Of a DNA stretch of 41,332 nucleotides, positions 29,645 through 39,323 are shown in pieces. The stretch is from Candidatus Hydrogenedentota bacterium. GTDB taxonomy: Bacteria > Hydrogenedentota > Hydrogenedentia > Hydrogenedentales > SLHB01. Position 1 is the first letter of the stretch, and every line of letters starts with the position of its first letter. The stretch lies in NCBI GenBank assembly GCA_045863335.1, contig BTVY01000016.1, positions 251 through 41,582 on the forward strand, written 5' to 3'. The position numbers were made by a program, and so were the translations under genes. Below the pieces are notes generated by a model. That model did no database searches and had not been told where the DNA came from. It saw nothing but the letters and a program-made list of their open reading frames with translations.

Positions 29645-29724
29645 GGGGGCGTTCTGCCCCCATACGGGGCTTCCAGCCCCCGAGGTGCCATGGGCATCCT
29701 GCCCATGCCGGGCTTCCAGCCCGG
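29645..29724. repeat. Cluster of four REP-like GGGC-n5-GCCC hairpins
   Basis: GGGGGCGTTCTGCCCCC, GGGGCTTCCAGCCCC, CATGGGCATCCTGCCCATG and CCGGGCTTCCAGCCCGG. Confidence 0.75.
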
Positions 29725-29771
29725 TCTTCAAACCCGCGACCAATCCAAAACCGAAATGCTAAGATCATCCC

Positions 29772-30926
29772 ATGCGCAGAATACCAATCACAATCGCGTG
29801 GATACCATGGCTGCTCACCATCTCCCCGCTCTGCGCACTCGCCGGTCCAGCGCCCCTTGACGACGCGTTATCCCAATTCGCATCGCGCACGCAGGTGACC
29901 ATTTCAGGGCAGGTGCTCGACAACGATCAAACGCCGGTTGCAAACGCGGAGGTGACGGTCGTCGGCCCCGAGGGTACGTCAACGATCGCGGCGAACAACG
30001 AGGGCACGTATCGTTTCGAAGACGCGGCGGTAGGCATGTATGTCGTCCTTGCTTCAGACCCTGCAAGCACCGTCACCGCGTCTTCACGCATGGAACACAA
30101 GTGGGAAGGCGTCACGTCGATCGTAACGGAGCGCGTTACCATCGAAGGCGTGGTGGTCGATCGCGACACGGGGCATCCGGTGACTGCGTACGAGTGCGGG
30201 GAAGCCTGGGACACGGAAGCGTTTCGCTTGGGCATGCCGACGTCGGATCGCGAATACCCGGTGACGCGGGTCAACGACGCACACGGGCGCTTCACGATCC
30301 CCGTGTACAAACCGCGATTGCCCGCGGTAATGTTTCGCGCTCCGGGGTATCAGCCCTACCTCGTGCGCATCGTCCAGGGCGAAACCGGCTCGCAAATCGG
30401 CGGGGTGATCGTGCCGCTCGTCCGGTCCGCCATCATTCGTGGGGTCGTCGTGGACGCCGAAGGCGCGCCCGTATCCGGCGCGCGAATCGTGCTCGCCGCC
30501 CACGCCGCTCGCGAGGCCAATCCCGAAGCCAACGCCCTCGCCGAATCCGGCGCGGACGGCGCCTTCGAACTCGCCATCGCACCGGACCAGCCGGCAACCC
30601 TCCTCGCCTATCACCCCGGCTACGCGCCCTCCGCCGCCACCGTCGATCCCGCGTCCAGAGACAACGCTCCCCTGCGCATCGTCCTCACCCCCGGTGGCCG
30701 CATCGAAGGCACCGTCACCCGCGACGGCGTCCCCGCCGGGAATATCCTCGTTCTACTCCAATGCGAAGGCTTCGCCTGGCGCTCCACCCGCACGGACCCT
30801 CACGGGCACTACGCCTTCACGAAGGTGCCGGAAGGGGAGGTGGAGGTAATTGTCGAGAGTAGGAAGAGACCCGTCGTTGTCCAATCGGCCCAAGTAACGC
30901 GAACTGACTTTGCGGTCACGCAATAG
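29772..30926 (+). CDS. Secreted protein with tandem carboxypeptidase-regulatory-like (prealbumin-fold) domains
   Basis: Signal peptide; repeated I.G.V.D..G.PV..A.V...T...G.F/Y units. Confidence 0.8.
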   Translation: MRRIPITIAWIPWLLTISPLCALAGPAPLDDALSQFASRTQVTISGQVLDNDQTPVANAEVTVVGPEGTSTIAANNEGTYRFEDAAVGMYVVLASDPASTVTASSRMEHKWEGVTSIVTERVTIEGVVVDRDTGHPVTAYECGEAWDTEAFRLGMPTSDREYPVTRVNDAHGRFTIPVYKPRLPAVMFRAPGYQPYLVRIVQGETGSQIGGVIVPLVRSAIIRGVVVDAEGAPVSGARIVLAAHAAREANPEANALAESGADGAFELAIAPDQPATLLAYHPGYAPSAATVDPASRDNAPLRIVLTPGGRIEGTVTRDGVPAGNILVLLQCEGFAWRSTRTDPHGHYAFTKVPEGEVEVIVESRKRPVVVQSAQVTRTDFAVTQ

Positions 30927-30977
30927 ACCCCTTCGCGAAAGCCTTCACGAGAGGATCGTAAAAATGAATGCATCTCC

Positions 30978-31062
30978 GTGGCTTGGGCGTCCCCGCCCAA
31001 GATATTTGGTGGCCAATCGCGGCTATCTCTCCAAACGCCTTGGGCGAGGAAGCCCAAGCCAC
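30978..31062. repeat. Inverted pair of REP-like palindromes (REPIN-like)
   Basis: GTGGCTTGGGCGTCCCCGCCCAAG (30978-31001) and the reverse complement of 31039-31062, GTGGCTTGGGCTTCCTCGCCCAAG. Confidence 0.8.
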
Positions 31063-31075
31063 CGGAAGAATCCTT

Positions 31076-31130
31076 TCGGATTTTGGTCCTTTGAATTTGT
31101 TTTGGATTTCGTGCTTCGGATTTCGAATTT
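31076..31130. repeat. Degenerate heptamer repeats (TCGGATT/TCGAATT type)
   Basis: TCGGATT TTGGTCC ... TTGGATT TCGTGCT TCGGATT TCGAATT. Confidence 0.65.
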
Positions 31131-31166
31131 GAATGCTGCTCGTCATCGCCGCCCCCCTCCGAAGTT

Positions 31167-32219
31167 CTACCACCCCTCCTCATACCCCGTCTCATACAAG
31201 GCCACGACGTTCTCCGGAGGTGTCACCGCCTGGATGTTGTGGCAGGGAGCGAGGATGTAGCCGCCGCGGTCGCCGAGGATGCGGAGGTTGTCGCGGACTT
31301 CCTGGCGCACGTCGCCGGGAGTACCGAAGGGGAGGGTCTGTTGGTTGTCGACGCCGCCGTGGAAGATGAGGCGGTCGCCGAAGTCGCGTTTGAGGCCTTG
31401 GCGATCCATGCCGCGGCAGCGCCACTGGATGGGGTTCAGCACATCGATGCCGGCGTCGATGAGGTCGGGCAGGATCTCGCGGACCGCGCCGTCGGTGTGG
31501 TGGAAGACGTAGGAGCCGTGTTGCTTGGTCAGGTCCATCATGCGCTTCATGCCCGGAAGGAAGAACTCGCGGATTTGTTCCGGCGAATACATGAGGTTGT
31601 CCTGCCCGCCGAGGTCTTCGGCCACGTACGTGATCATCACCGCGCCCGGCACGGTCTCGAAGATGCGCCGCGTCATCTCGTAGGCGAACCCGAACATCTT
31701 GTCCATGCAATAGTGGACGATCTCGGGATGCAGGAGGAGGTCCATGAACGCCTGTGATTCGCCCCGCAGGTTCTTGTAATCAAGGAAGGGTTCCGAGCCG
31801 CCGCCGCGAATGGGCCGTTCCCGGTTGACCTCGACGACAGCGGGCAGTTCCGAGAAATCGAACCAATCCGCCGACGGCCACGTGTAGCCCGCATCGATTT
31901 CCTCGACCGAGTTGAACGCCGCCAACGGGTGTGTCGCGCACTCCCGGTACACCCCCGACCCGTACGCCACGTCGCGATACCGTACGCCCCAGAGATCCTC
32001 GTCCGCGCGTAAGGGCCGCCCCGCGTACCGCGGCTGCAAGGTCACCGGCAAATCGATGTGCAGCGCCCCACACACCCCCTCGCGGTCGCATCCCACGTGC
32101 GCGCAGAGCCGGTCCCACGCCTCGTCCGTCGCCCAGATGTCCATGGGCACCCGGTCCGGCGTCTCCCGGTTCAACACCGCCAACCACCGCTCCCGCGGCG
32201 TCATGGTTTCCTTGGGCAT
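31167..32219 (-). CDS. Uroporphyrinogen decarboxylase / MtaA-CmuA superfamily protein
   Basis: MTPRER...PDRVP, EDLGGQ, HTDG, LNPIQ, F.GGVD.Q..LPFGT and GGYILAPCHNIQ; start placed at ATG 32219. Confidence 0.88.
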   Translation of the reverse strand: MPKETMTPRERWLAVLNRETPDRVPMDIWATDEAWDRLCAHVGCDREGVCGALHIDLPVTLQPRYAGRPLRADEDLWGVRYRDVAYGSGVYRECATHPLAAFNSVEEIDAGYTWPSADWFDFSELPAVVEVNRERPIRGGGSEPFLDYKNLRGESQAFMDLLLHPEIVHYCMDKMFGFAYEMTRRIFETVPGAVMITYVAEDLGGQDNLMYSPEQIREFFLPGMKRMMDLTKQHGSYVFHHTDGAVREILPDLIDAGIDVLNPIQWRCRGMDRQGLKRDFGDRLIFHGGVDNQQTLPFGTPGDVRQEVRDNLRILGDRGGYILAPCHNIQAVTPPENVVALYETGYEEGW

Positions 32220-32343
32220 GAAGAAATCCCAAATTAGCTTCCAAATCGAAATCGCCAACGGTCCCCCTTATCATATAGGTCGGTCAACCTCTGACTACAG
32301 GATTCGCAACTGGAGATTAGTGACGATGCAGGAGGAAATCACC

Positions 32344-35300
32344 TCATTTCAGTGCGGGGGGCGTGTCCGTTGCCCAAGGCAGTGCTTTGATGACGCGTGC
32401 CGTAAAGTCGCGGTACACGATAGTCAACCGCGTACCATCCGCACTGCGAAAGAACGCGGCCAGCGGGCCACGTGGAAGGGTAACCGTGAGTACTTCAGCA
32501 TTGTCTTTTGTGTCGCGCACCGATAATGTTCCGTCCGCGTCGATTGTGAACTCTCTCGTATTGTCCGGGCTCGCCACTGTGAGTTTCGAGAGGTTTTCGG
32601 TCGATACAGCTTGAGTTTCAACGGTAGAGGCCGGAGATTGGCTGATCAGAGTTCCGGAATCCAGACGTCGTGTGAACGTGTTCTGACTTGTATCTTTCGA
32701 GGTAATCGAAGAACCGGAACCATCAAACTCAATTTCCGTGACACTAGGTTCGTGATCCGTGAATCGATGCATTCGATCACCCGTCGCGAGATCCCAAACC
32801 GAAACGCTTCCGTCTTCTCCCCCTACCGCGAGTACGTTTGAATTCGGGCTCATGGCAGCTGCGGTCAAATGGACGACTTTTGGTAGTTCCCGCAGTGCTT
32901 CTAGATGTCCCACCCTTTGAAGATCTCTATGCGTCGCTCGGAACGCATGTTCGGTAATATCCTGGCCAACCCGATCGTGCACCACTCGGATTCCCGTTGA
33001 CTCGGGGGACCAGAGGTCAAAAAACTGAGCGCGCGGTAGAACGTCCCAAATCCAGATTGTTCCATCCCCTGCGCCGGCTGCAATGTACCTTCCGTTTGGG
33101 CTCCACGCGATCGCGTGCAGCGCCTTCTCTGGGCCGAACAGCGCGTCCACAATTCTCTCGTCCTGGACACCTTGAACAACGAGGGCGCCGTTTTTTGACG
33201 CCTTTACAACATGTTTGCCATCAGGCCGCGCAGCACGACCCAGCGCCAATTCGTCATTGTCTTGAGCTCGAAGGAACTGGTATTCAAAGTTTCGATTCGC
33301 CCTTTCGATTCCAAACGGATCTAGCCCGCAAACCAAACGAAGCGACTTAAGCGGAAGAGAATTCTCCATTTCGTAGTTGAACTGGACCAGTCCGGACTGA
33401 ACGGCAACAATCGTTGAGTCCTTCGTTTCTCGAACATCCCAGAGAATGTCGGGAGCGGGTCCCGTGCCTGTCACTGCATGCATGCTTCCTTGCGCGAGAA
33501 CGCCTTCGCCATCCGCTGTAAACCTTGCGGAGGCGGGAGAATAGAATTCGCTTTCGAGTCGAGGCATGGGTGCTGTTCGTTCTCCAGTGGCCGCATCCCA
33601 AAGCTCCAGATCGCCGCTTCCATCTACCGTCACCAGCAGTGTGCCTTTGGGGTTCCAAGCTACCGATAAGAATGGAGCATCGAGTTTTGAGAGGGTGAAC
33701 GACACGACCGCATTCGTAGCGTTTCGCACAACGACATCGCCGCCAACCAACCCAGCAGCGCGACTCCGATCGCCAGAGTACACAAATGCGCTTCCCGCTC
33801 TCGGCTCGTAACACGGATCCATCGCGGATTTACTGACGCTCGAATTCCTCGCATTATCCCACGCAAAAAGCACTTCGCCGCTCTCCGCATCAAGAACCAA
33901 TCGTTGGTATTCATGCCGCTCAAAGCCAAGCACAAATTTTGAGTCCTCAGAAAATCGGTATACGAGATTGGCTTGTTCCTGCCGTGGGTGACGCCAAATA
34001 GACTCGCCTGATTTCACGTCCCTACATTCGAGTTCGTGCGGCCGAACGACGATCAAACGCCGCTCGTCGGGAGAGCACCGGCACGTCAGCAGGCAGAACT
34101 CGCCATCTACGTTGGCGGGAACGTTTTCGATTGTATATAGTCGCTCGCCGGTTGCGGCGTTTGAACACGAGATTGTCGCGCCGTCAGTATACTCAAGAGT
34201 CAGCGCCCCGTCGCTGGTCGTTACGGAGAATGGCCCAGTACTGCTCAATGGCGCCGAACGGGCGATCTTCGTTTGAAAATTCGGCTCCAAGCGAGCGATG
34301 TCCCAGCCAAACCAGACTTCAACCGCGCCGATGATGACCGTGTTCCCATCACTGGTTACACCCAATGTCTCGAATGGTACGTCCCCAGGGCTGAGTAATG
34401 AGTTCGGAGGGATCAGCTGAGCCAATAGTTGCCAAGTTTCTGTGTTCCAAATATCGACACGACCTTGGTCCAGCACGCACAATTGGGTTTCGTCCTTAGC
34501 GTATGCGGCACGCTTACCGGGGACAGTGTGTTTGTGCGCACCGTTGGCCGCATCATAGACGCGAAATTGCGTGTCGGATACAAACACCAGTATCTGCGAT
34601 CCGTCTGGAGAGAGTTCGGCGGAACTGACGAAACCGTTGACTGGGACGATCCGGTGCGTAGGTTCCGAGCCGCCGTTCTCCCAGATGAATACTTCTGACC
34701 TAGAGTGCGTAAGGTACCGGGCCGACTTTTGAAATGCCCGAGACTCAAAGATAATTGCCGGATCCGCAGGGACTGTTCGCAAGCAGAGCCCGGTTTCCAC
34801 GTCCCACGCGCGCGCCGTTCCGTCTAGTGATGCGGTTATGACCTGGGTCCCGTCAAAAGTGAACCATGCTTGATCTACGCGATTGTGGTGCCCCTCTAAG
34901 CGTGATATGATCTCACCCGATTGCACGTCCCAGACGATCGCGGTAGCGTTGGCCGTGGTAGCCACTACGCGATCGCTACTTCTGTTGAATTCGACATCCC
35001 AAACTGCTCCGCCCGCCTCCAGCACATGCCGTGCTGAGGTCAGACGATGGCGAAGGTATCCCCATTCCCAGTTCCGCCACTGAGTGGATACCTCGTCGAG
35101 TTGTTCTGTTGCGCCGCTCCCATTTTGATTCTCAAGCATACGACGGGCCAGGCTGATGGCGTTTCGATACGCCTGCTTAGACGCAGTATCAAGTGCGGAA
35201 TTCGTTGCACGCAACTCGTTAAGGGTCGTTTCGATTGTCAGGCGTTCCGCCGCGAGTTCACTTTTCGTTCGATTCAGACGCCAACCCGTGTAGACCAAGA

Positions 35301-35415
35301 CCATTGCCGCAAGGAGTACTGTCACGATTCCGAGAAACAGGATGGCCACGCGGCGGCTAAGACCGGTATCGTGACGGTGGGCGCGATTGGCGCACGATTC
35401 TTGTCTTGCGGGCAT
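32344..35415 (-). CDS. Membrane-anchored WD40-repeat protein
   Basis: N-terminal TM and coiled coil, RNWEWGYL linker, many WD repeats (GHHNRV..AWF..DG..TAS.DGTARAWD, GDGTIWIWD); ATG 35415 with GGGGGAG RBS. Confidence 0.85.
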   Translation of the reverse strand: MPARQESCANRAHRHDTGLSRRVAILFLGIVTVLLAAMVLVYTGWRLNRTKSELAAERLTIETTLNELRATNSALDTASKQAYRNAISLARRMLENQNGSGATEQLDEVSTQWRNWEWGYLRHRLTSARHVLEAGGAVWDVEFNRSSDRVVATTANATAIVWDVQSGEIISRLEGHHNRVDQAWFTFDGTQVITASLDGTARAWDVETGLCLRTVPADPAIIFESRAFQKSARYLTHSRSEVFIWENGGSEPTHRIVPVNGFVSSAELSPDGSQILVFVSDTQFRVYDAANGAHKHTVPGKRAAYAKDETQLCVLDQGRVDIWNTETWQLLAQLIPPNSLLSPGDVPFETLGVTSDGNTVIIGAVEVWFGWDIARLEPNFQTKIARSAPLSSTGPFSVTTSDGALTLEYTDGATISCSNAATGERLYTIENVPANVDGEFCLLTCRCSPDERRLIVVRPHELECRDVKSGESIWRHPRQEQANLVYRFSEDSKFVLGFERHEYQRLVLDAESGEVLFAWDNARNSSVSKSAMDPCYEPRAGSAFVYSGDRSRAAGLVGGDVVVRNATNAVVSFTLSKLDAPFLSVAWNPKGTLLVTVDGSGDLELWDAATGERTAPMPRLESEFYSPASARFTADGEGVLAQGSMHAVTGTGPAPDILWDVRETKDSTIVAVQSGLVQFNYEMENSLPLKSLRLVCGLDPFGIERANRNFEYQFLRAQDNDELALGRAARPDGKHVVKASKNGALVVQGVQDERIVDALFGPEKALHAIAWSPNGRYIAAGAGDGTIWIWDVLPRAQFFDLWSPESTGIRVVHDRVGQDITEHAFRATHRDLQRVGHLEALRELPKVVHLTAAAMSPNSNVLAVGGEDGSVSVWDLATGDRMHRFTDHEPSVTEIEFDGSGSSITSKDTSQNTFTRRLDSGTLISQSPASTVETQAVSTENLSKLTVASPDNTREFTIDADGTLSVRDTKDNAEVLTVTLPRGPLAAFFRSADGTRLTIVYRDFTARVIKALPWATDTPPALK

Positions 35416-35435
35416 TCGATACTCCCCCACCGATA

Positions 35436-35464
35436 ATTATAGCGCAGACTTAGTGGACCGTCAA
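35436..35464 (-). promoter_or_regulatory. Near-consensus sigma70 promoter for the WD40 gene
   Basis: Minus strand TTGACG (35464-35459), 17 bp, TATAAT (35441-35436). Confidence 0.8.
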
Positions 35465-35589
35465 TCGGCTGGTCACATGCCAGTTGGCCCGCCGAACCGG
35501 CATTCCAGGCAGGAGTAGACAGGCGCACACGGTATCTTTGTTTGGTACCCCACTGGGAACTCCCGGCGTCCTTCATGTATCCTTTTCGT

Positions 35590-36462
35590 ATGGAAACGCT
35601 GCCCTTTGAATTTGCGATGGAGAACTATCCGCTTGCGCCGTTGACGTTGTACCAAGTCGGCGGTCCGGCGCGGTTGGCCTTGTTGCCAAGGACCCTGGAT
35701 GAGGCGAACGATGCGTATCAATGGATGGTCCAACAGCCGGAGCGCCGGATCGTGTTGGGCGGCGGGTCGAATGTGTTGATCGACGACAACGGCTTCGACG
35801 GGATCGTTTTCGTCACCACGAAACTCGACGGCATCCAGCCCCTTGGCGACGACCGGTACCACGTGCTCGCCGGGGTCGTACTCGACCGAATGGTCCGCGA
35901 GGTCATGCTCGCCAACAACTACGACATGGTCGGCGGCCTGACGGGGATCCCCGGCACGGTCGGCGGCGCGATCTATATGAACGCGGGCACGGTCAACGGG
36001 TCGACCTGCATGCTCATGGAATCGGTCGACGTGGCCACGCCGGAGGGCCTGCGCACGATCCCCATGGACGAATCGCTCTACAGTTACCGCGGCCAGACGT
36101 TTTGCCCGCCCGGCTCGCTCATTCTTGGCGGCACCTTCCGGTTCACGCGGGCTGAGAAGGACCAGCAGGCCATTTACGACCACTACATCCAGCGCCGCAA
36201 GGAAAAGCAGCCGCAGGGCAAATGCTGTGGCAGCGTGTTCAAGAATCCCCAGGGCGATCACTCGGGACGGCTCATCGAAGCCTGTGGCCTTAAAGGCACC
36301 CGGCTCGGCGGCGCGCAGGTCAGCCCGCTTCACGCCAACTTCATCATGAACGACGACAACGCCACCTGCGCGGATATTCTCGCGCTCATCGATCTCTGCA
36401 AGCGGACGGTACAGAAACGTTTTGGTGTGACCCTCGAGGAAGAGGTCGTCTATATCCACTAG
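35590..36462 (+). CDS. murB: UDP-N-acetylenolpyruvoylglucosamine reductase
   Basis: VGGPA, LGGGSNVLI.D, GIPGTVGGAIYMNAG, YSYR, KQP...GSVFKNP, HANFI and LEEEV; start uncertain (35542-35590). Confidence 0.94.
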   Translation: METLPFEFAMENYPLAPLTLYQVGGPARLALLPRTLDEANDAYQWMVQQPERRIVLGGGSNVLIDDNGFDGIVFVTTKLDGIQPLGDDRYHVLAGVVLDRMVREVMLANNYDMVGGLTGIPGTVGGAIYMNAGTVNGSTCMLMESVDVATPEGLRTIPMDESLYSYRGQTFCPPGSLILGGTFRFTRAEKDQQAIYDHYIQRRKEKQPQGKCCGSVFKNPQGDHSGRLIEACGLKGTRLGGAQVSPLHANFIMNDDNATCADILALIDLCKRTVQKRFGVTLEEEVVYIH

Positions 36463-36588
36463 CCTCCCGCCGAACCACAATACCTTGTGGTCTCCCCTAT
36501 TGCGCCCAGACATCGCTTGGGGTATCATGGCTCCCGATTGGGTGTTTTTTCAGGGGAGCCGCACGTTTCGCTACGGGAAAGGGCAGCA

Positions 36589-37632
36589 ATGGAACTGAAG
36601 CAATTATTCGAATTGGTCGCCAAGGAAAAGGCATCGGACCTGCTCATCAGCGCCGGCGCGCCTCCCGTTCTGCGCAAGAACGGCAAGCTCTTTCGCACCC
36701 GCGGCGACGCCATGACCCCCGAGCAGACGAAGAAATTGATCTACGCGGTGTTGTCCGCCGATCAGAAGAAGCAGTTCGAGACGAAGAAGGAACTGGATTT
36801 TTCCCTTGCCGTGGGACGAAAGCACCGGTTCCGCGTCAACGTGTATTTGCAGAAGCAGGCCGTTACGGCTGCTTTCCGGCCCATTCCCGAAGACATTCCC
36901 CAGCTTGACGACTTGGGATTGCCGGAAGTGGTTGGGAAACTGGCCCAGGCGAAGCAGGGTCTGGTCCTGGTTACCGGTCCCACCGGCCACGGCAAAACCA
37001 CGACCCAAGCCTCCATTATCGACCGCGTCAACAACACCCGGGAATGTCACGTGATCACCGTGGAGGACCCCATCGAATTCGTCCACAGTCACAAGAAATC
37101 CATCGTAGACCAGCGCGAGGTGGGCCAGGATACGGACGATTTCATCAACGCCTTGAAATATGTGCTGCGCCAGGATCCGGACGTGATTCTCATCGGCGAA
37201 ATGCGCGACCTGGAAACGATCCAGGCGGCATTGCGGGCCGCGGAAACGGGGCACCTGGTGTTGGCGACCCTCCACACCAACGACGCCATCCAGACGGTCG
37301 ACCGCGTCATTGACGTGTTTCCCGCGGGCCAGCAGCAGCAGATCCGCTTCATGTTGAGCATGACACTGCTGGCGGTACTGTCCCAGCGGCTCCTGCCGCG
37401 CGTCGACGAGGAAGGCCGGATCATGGCCTGCGAGCTGCTCGTGAACAACACGGCCGTGGCCAACCTCATCCGCGAAGGCAAAACCCATCAGGTGTACAGC
37501 ATCATGGAGACCAACACCAAAGATGGGATGCAGACCATGGATCGCAGCATCAAAGAGCTGTACATGCAGGGGATTATCTCCTACGAAGACGCCATCGCGC
37601 ATGTACGGAATGCGAAAGCGATTTCGGAGTAA
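36589..37632 (+). CDS. pilT: Type IV pilus retraction ATPase, PilT family
   Basis: ASDL.I.AG.PP, GPTGHGKTTT, ITVEDPIEF, LRQDPDVILIGEMRD, AAETGHLV.ATLHT, AVANLIRE and GMQT. Confidence 0.9.
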   Translation: MELKQLFELVAKEKASDLLISAGAPPVLRKNGKLFRTRGDAMTPEQTKKLIYAVLSADQKKQFETKKELDFSLAVGRKHRFRVNVYLQKQAVTAAFRPIPEDIPQLDDLGLPEVVGKLAQAKQGLVLVTGPTGHGKTTTQASIIDRVNNTRECHVITVEDPIEFVHSHKKSIVDQREVGQDTDDFINALKYVLRQDPDVILIGEMRDLETIQAALRAAETGHLVLATLHTNDAIQTVDRVIDVFPAGQQQQIRFMLSMTLLAVLSQRLLPRVDEEGRIMACELLVNNTAVANLIREGKTHQVYSIMETNTKDGMQTMDRSIKELYMQGIISYEDAIAHVRNAKAISE

Positions 37633-37693
37633 ATAGTTTACAATAAATAACTTAGGCAAAGATAATTTCTTGACAGAAAGTCTCCAGACCTAC

Positions 37694-37722
37694 TGGTCAA
37701 TCGCCAGCGCTTTTGCTATACT
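37694..37722 (+). promoter_or_regulatory. Putative sigma70 promoter (extended -10) upstream of the ECF sigma gene
   Basis: TGGTCA, 17 bp, TATACT preceded by TGn. Confidence 0.5.
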
Positions 37723-37807
37723 GTGAGTTTGGATAGCGTTACGAAAATCGCCCTCTTGGCGAAATTCGCTCTGTGGGAAACTTTCTTGCAGCCCAAGGTA
37801 TAGATAT

Positions 37808-38530
37808 ATGCAGTTCGATGGGTTAGAAGGCGAAAGCAGGGGAGCCATGGCGGAAGGACTCGGACAAATCACTCCATTCCCGGGGCAGCAGCAACAGCCG
37901 TTCCGGGTCGTCGGTCCGGAAGGGCTTCCGGTTAGAGAGTGGTCCGACGAGTCCCTCATGCTGGAGCATGGCCAAGGCTCCGAACCGGCTTTCGCCGAAC
38001 TGGTCCGCCGGCATCAGCGCGGCGTTTTGAATTACATCTTCCGGATGGTTCAGAACCGGCAGATCGCCGAAGAGCTGACGCAAGAGGTATTCGTGGCGTT
38101 GGTGCGCAACGCCCAGCGGTACCAGCCGACGGCCAAGTTCACGACCTATCTCTACACAATTGCATCGAATATCGTCTCGAAGGAGTGGGTGCGGCGGAAG
38201 CGCCGTCCGAAGTTCCTGAGCCTGTCTTCCGGCTGGAGTTGGCGCAAAAGCCCGGAAGACGAGTTCGACCCCATGGAGCACGTGGGCGACGAGAAGGCCG
38301 ACGTGTTCCACAGCTTCAAGCGGGGGGAGATTTCGGAGGCCGTGAACACCGCGCTCCGCGAACTGCCGGAACACCAGCGCGAAGCGTTTGTGCTGCGGCG
38401 GTTCCAGGACCTCTCCTACGAAGAGATTGCCCAAATCACCGATTCACCGGTGGGCACGGTGAAATCGCGGGTCGTCCGGGCGGAAAGGGCGCTGCGGCCC
38501 TTGCTGGCCCGATTCCGGGATTACGTCTAA
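37808..38530 (+). CDS. ECF-subfamily sigma-70 factor
   Basis: Region 2 AF.ELV.RH...AEELTQEVF...KFTTYLY.IA.N; region 4 LPEHQRE.F.LR...LSYEEIA...GTVKSR; start may be ATG 37847. Confidence 0.93.
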   Translation: MQFDGLEGESRGAMAEGLGQITPFPGQQQQPFRVVGPEGLPVREWSDESLMLEHGQGSEPAFAELVRRHQRGVLNYIFRMVQNRQIAEELTQEVFVALVRNAQRYQPTAKFTTYLYTIASNIVSKEWVRRKRRPKFLSLSSGWSWRKSPEDEFDPMEHVGDEKADVFHSFKRGEISEAVNTALRELPEHQREAFVLRRFQDLSYEEIAQITDSPVGTVKSRVVRAERALRPLLARFRDYV

Positions 38531-38558
38531 CGCGCTTGATAAAGGACACAGACTGGGG

Positions 38559-39224
38559 ATGTTGCTAGGTCACCCGTCAAAGCTCGAACTGCTTGCCTAC
38601 GCCGAAGGTCTGGTGGACGGGCATGGCATTTCGACCGCGACCGCACGGCATGTCGCCACCTGCAAAGACTGCGCGAAAGAAGTCGCCCACATCCGCTCCT
38701 CTATCGAATTCACCGCGTCGGCCGACGAGTTGAACCCTTCCGACGACCTCACCTCGCAGATTCTCGTCGCCGCCCGCACCGAACGTCACGTGCAACGGCG
38801 CGCGCGCGGCAAGACGCCGCTCATCATGTTAAAAGGCCTCGCGTATGCGGCGGGCATCGTTGCGTTGTCGACCTTCTATTTCTCCTACGCCCTGGGCGAC
38901 GCGCCCGTGTCCGCGCCGGAGATGCGCGTATCCGCCGCGCCGAGGGCCGTATCGACCGGCCCCTCGCCGGAGGAGATTCGCAAGGCCACGACTGAGATTC
39001 ATACCCTCGCCGCGGCCGTGGGTTCGCGTCCGAGCGCGCCGCGCAACCTGCGCGAATGGCAACAGACCCGCGCCGTGCTCGCGTTGGACGCCGATTTGGC
39101 CGCGGCCCGCGCCGCCCTGCAGCGAAACCCGGGTTGCGAACGCGCCAACCGCATCATCAACTCCAACATTCAACGCCAGGCCCAGGCCCTGAAAACGCTC
39201 TACTACGTTGAGCGCAGTTTGTAG
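38559..39224 (+). CDS. Putative zinc-binding anti-sigma factor
   Basis: N-terminal H...HVATCKDC (HxxxCxxC) motif and one TM segment; directly downstream of the ECF sigma. Confidence 0.75.
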   Translation: MLLGHPSKLELLAYAEGLVDGHGISTATARHVATCKDCAKEVAHIRSSIEFTASADELNPSDDLTSQILVAARTERHVQRRARGKTPLIMLKGLAYAAGIVALSTFYFSYALGDAPVSAPEMRVSAAPRAVSTGPSPEEIRKATTEIHTLAAAVGSRPSAPRNLREWQQTRAVLALDADLAAARAALQRNPGCERANRIINSNIQRQAQALKTLYYVERSL

Positions 39225-39323
39225 CGCCGGCCCTCGCAGCCGTCCCACAGTGATCAGTTTCCCCAACGAATCGCCTGTCCTTCATCACCGGGAATTGGTA
39301 TGCTCTAGCCCCGAGTTACGAGG

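Noticed and set aside
31167-32219. Calling the UroD-family gene hemE
   Set aside because: It lacks the RQAGR motif of true HemE and looks like the broad MtaA/CmuA-like group.
35473-37659. Long minus-strand ORFs opposite murB and pilT
   Set aside because: Antisense shadows with no independent support.
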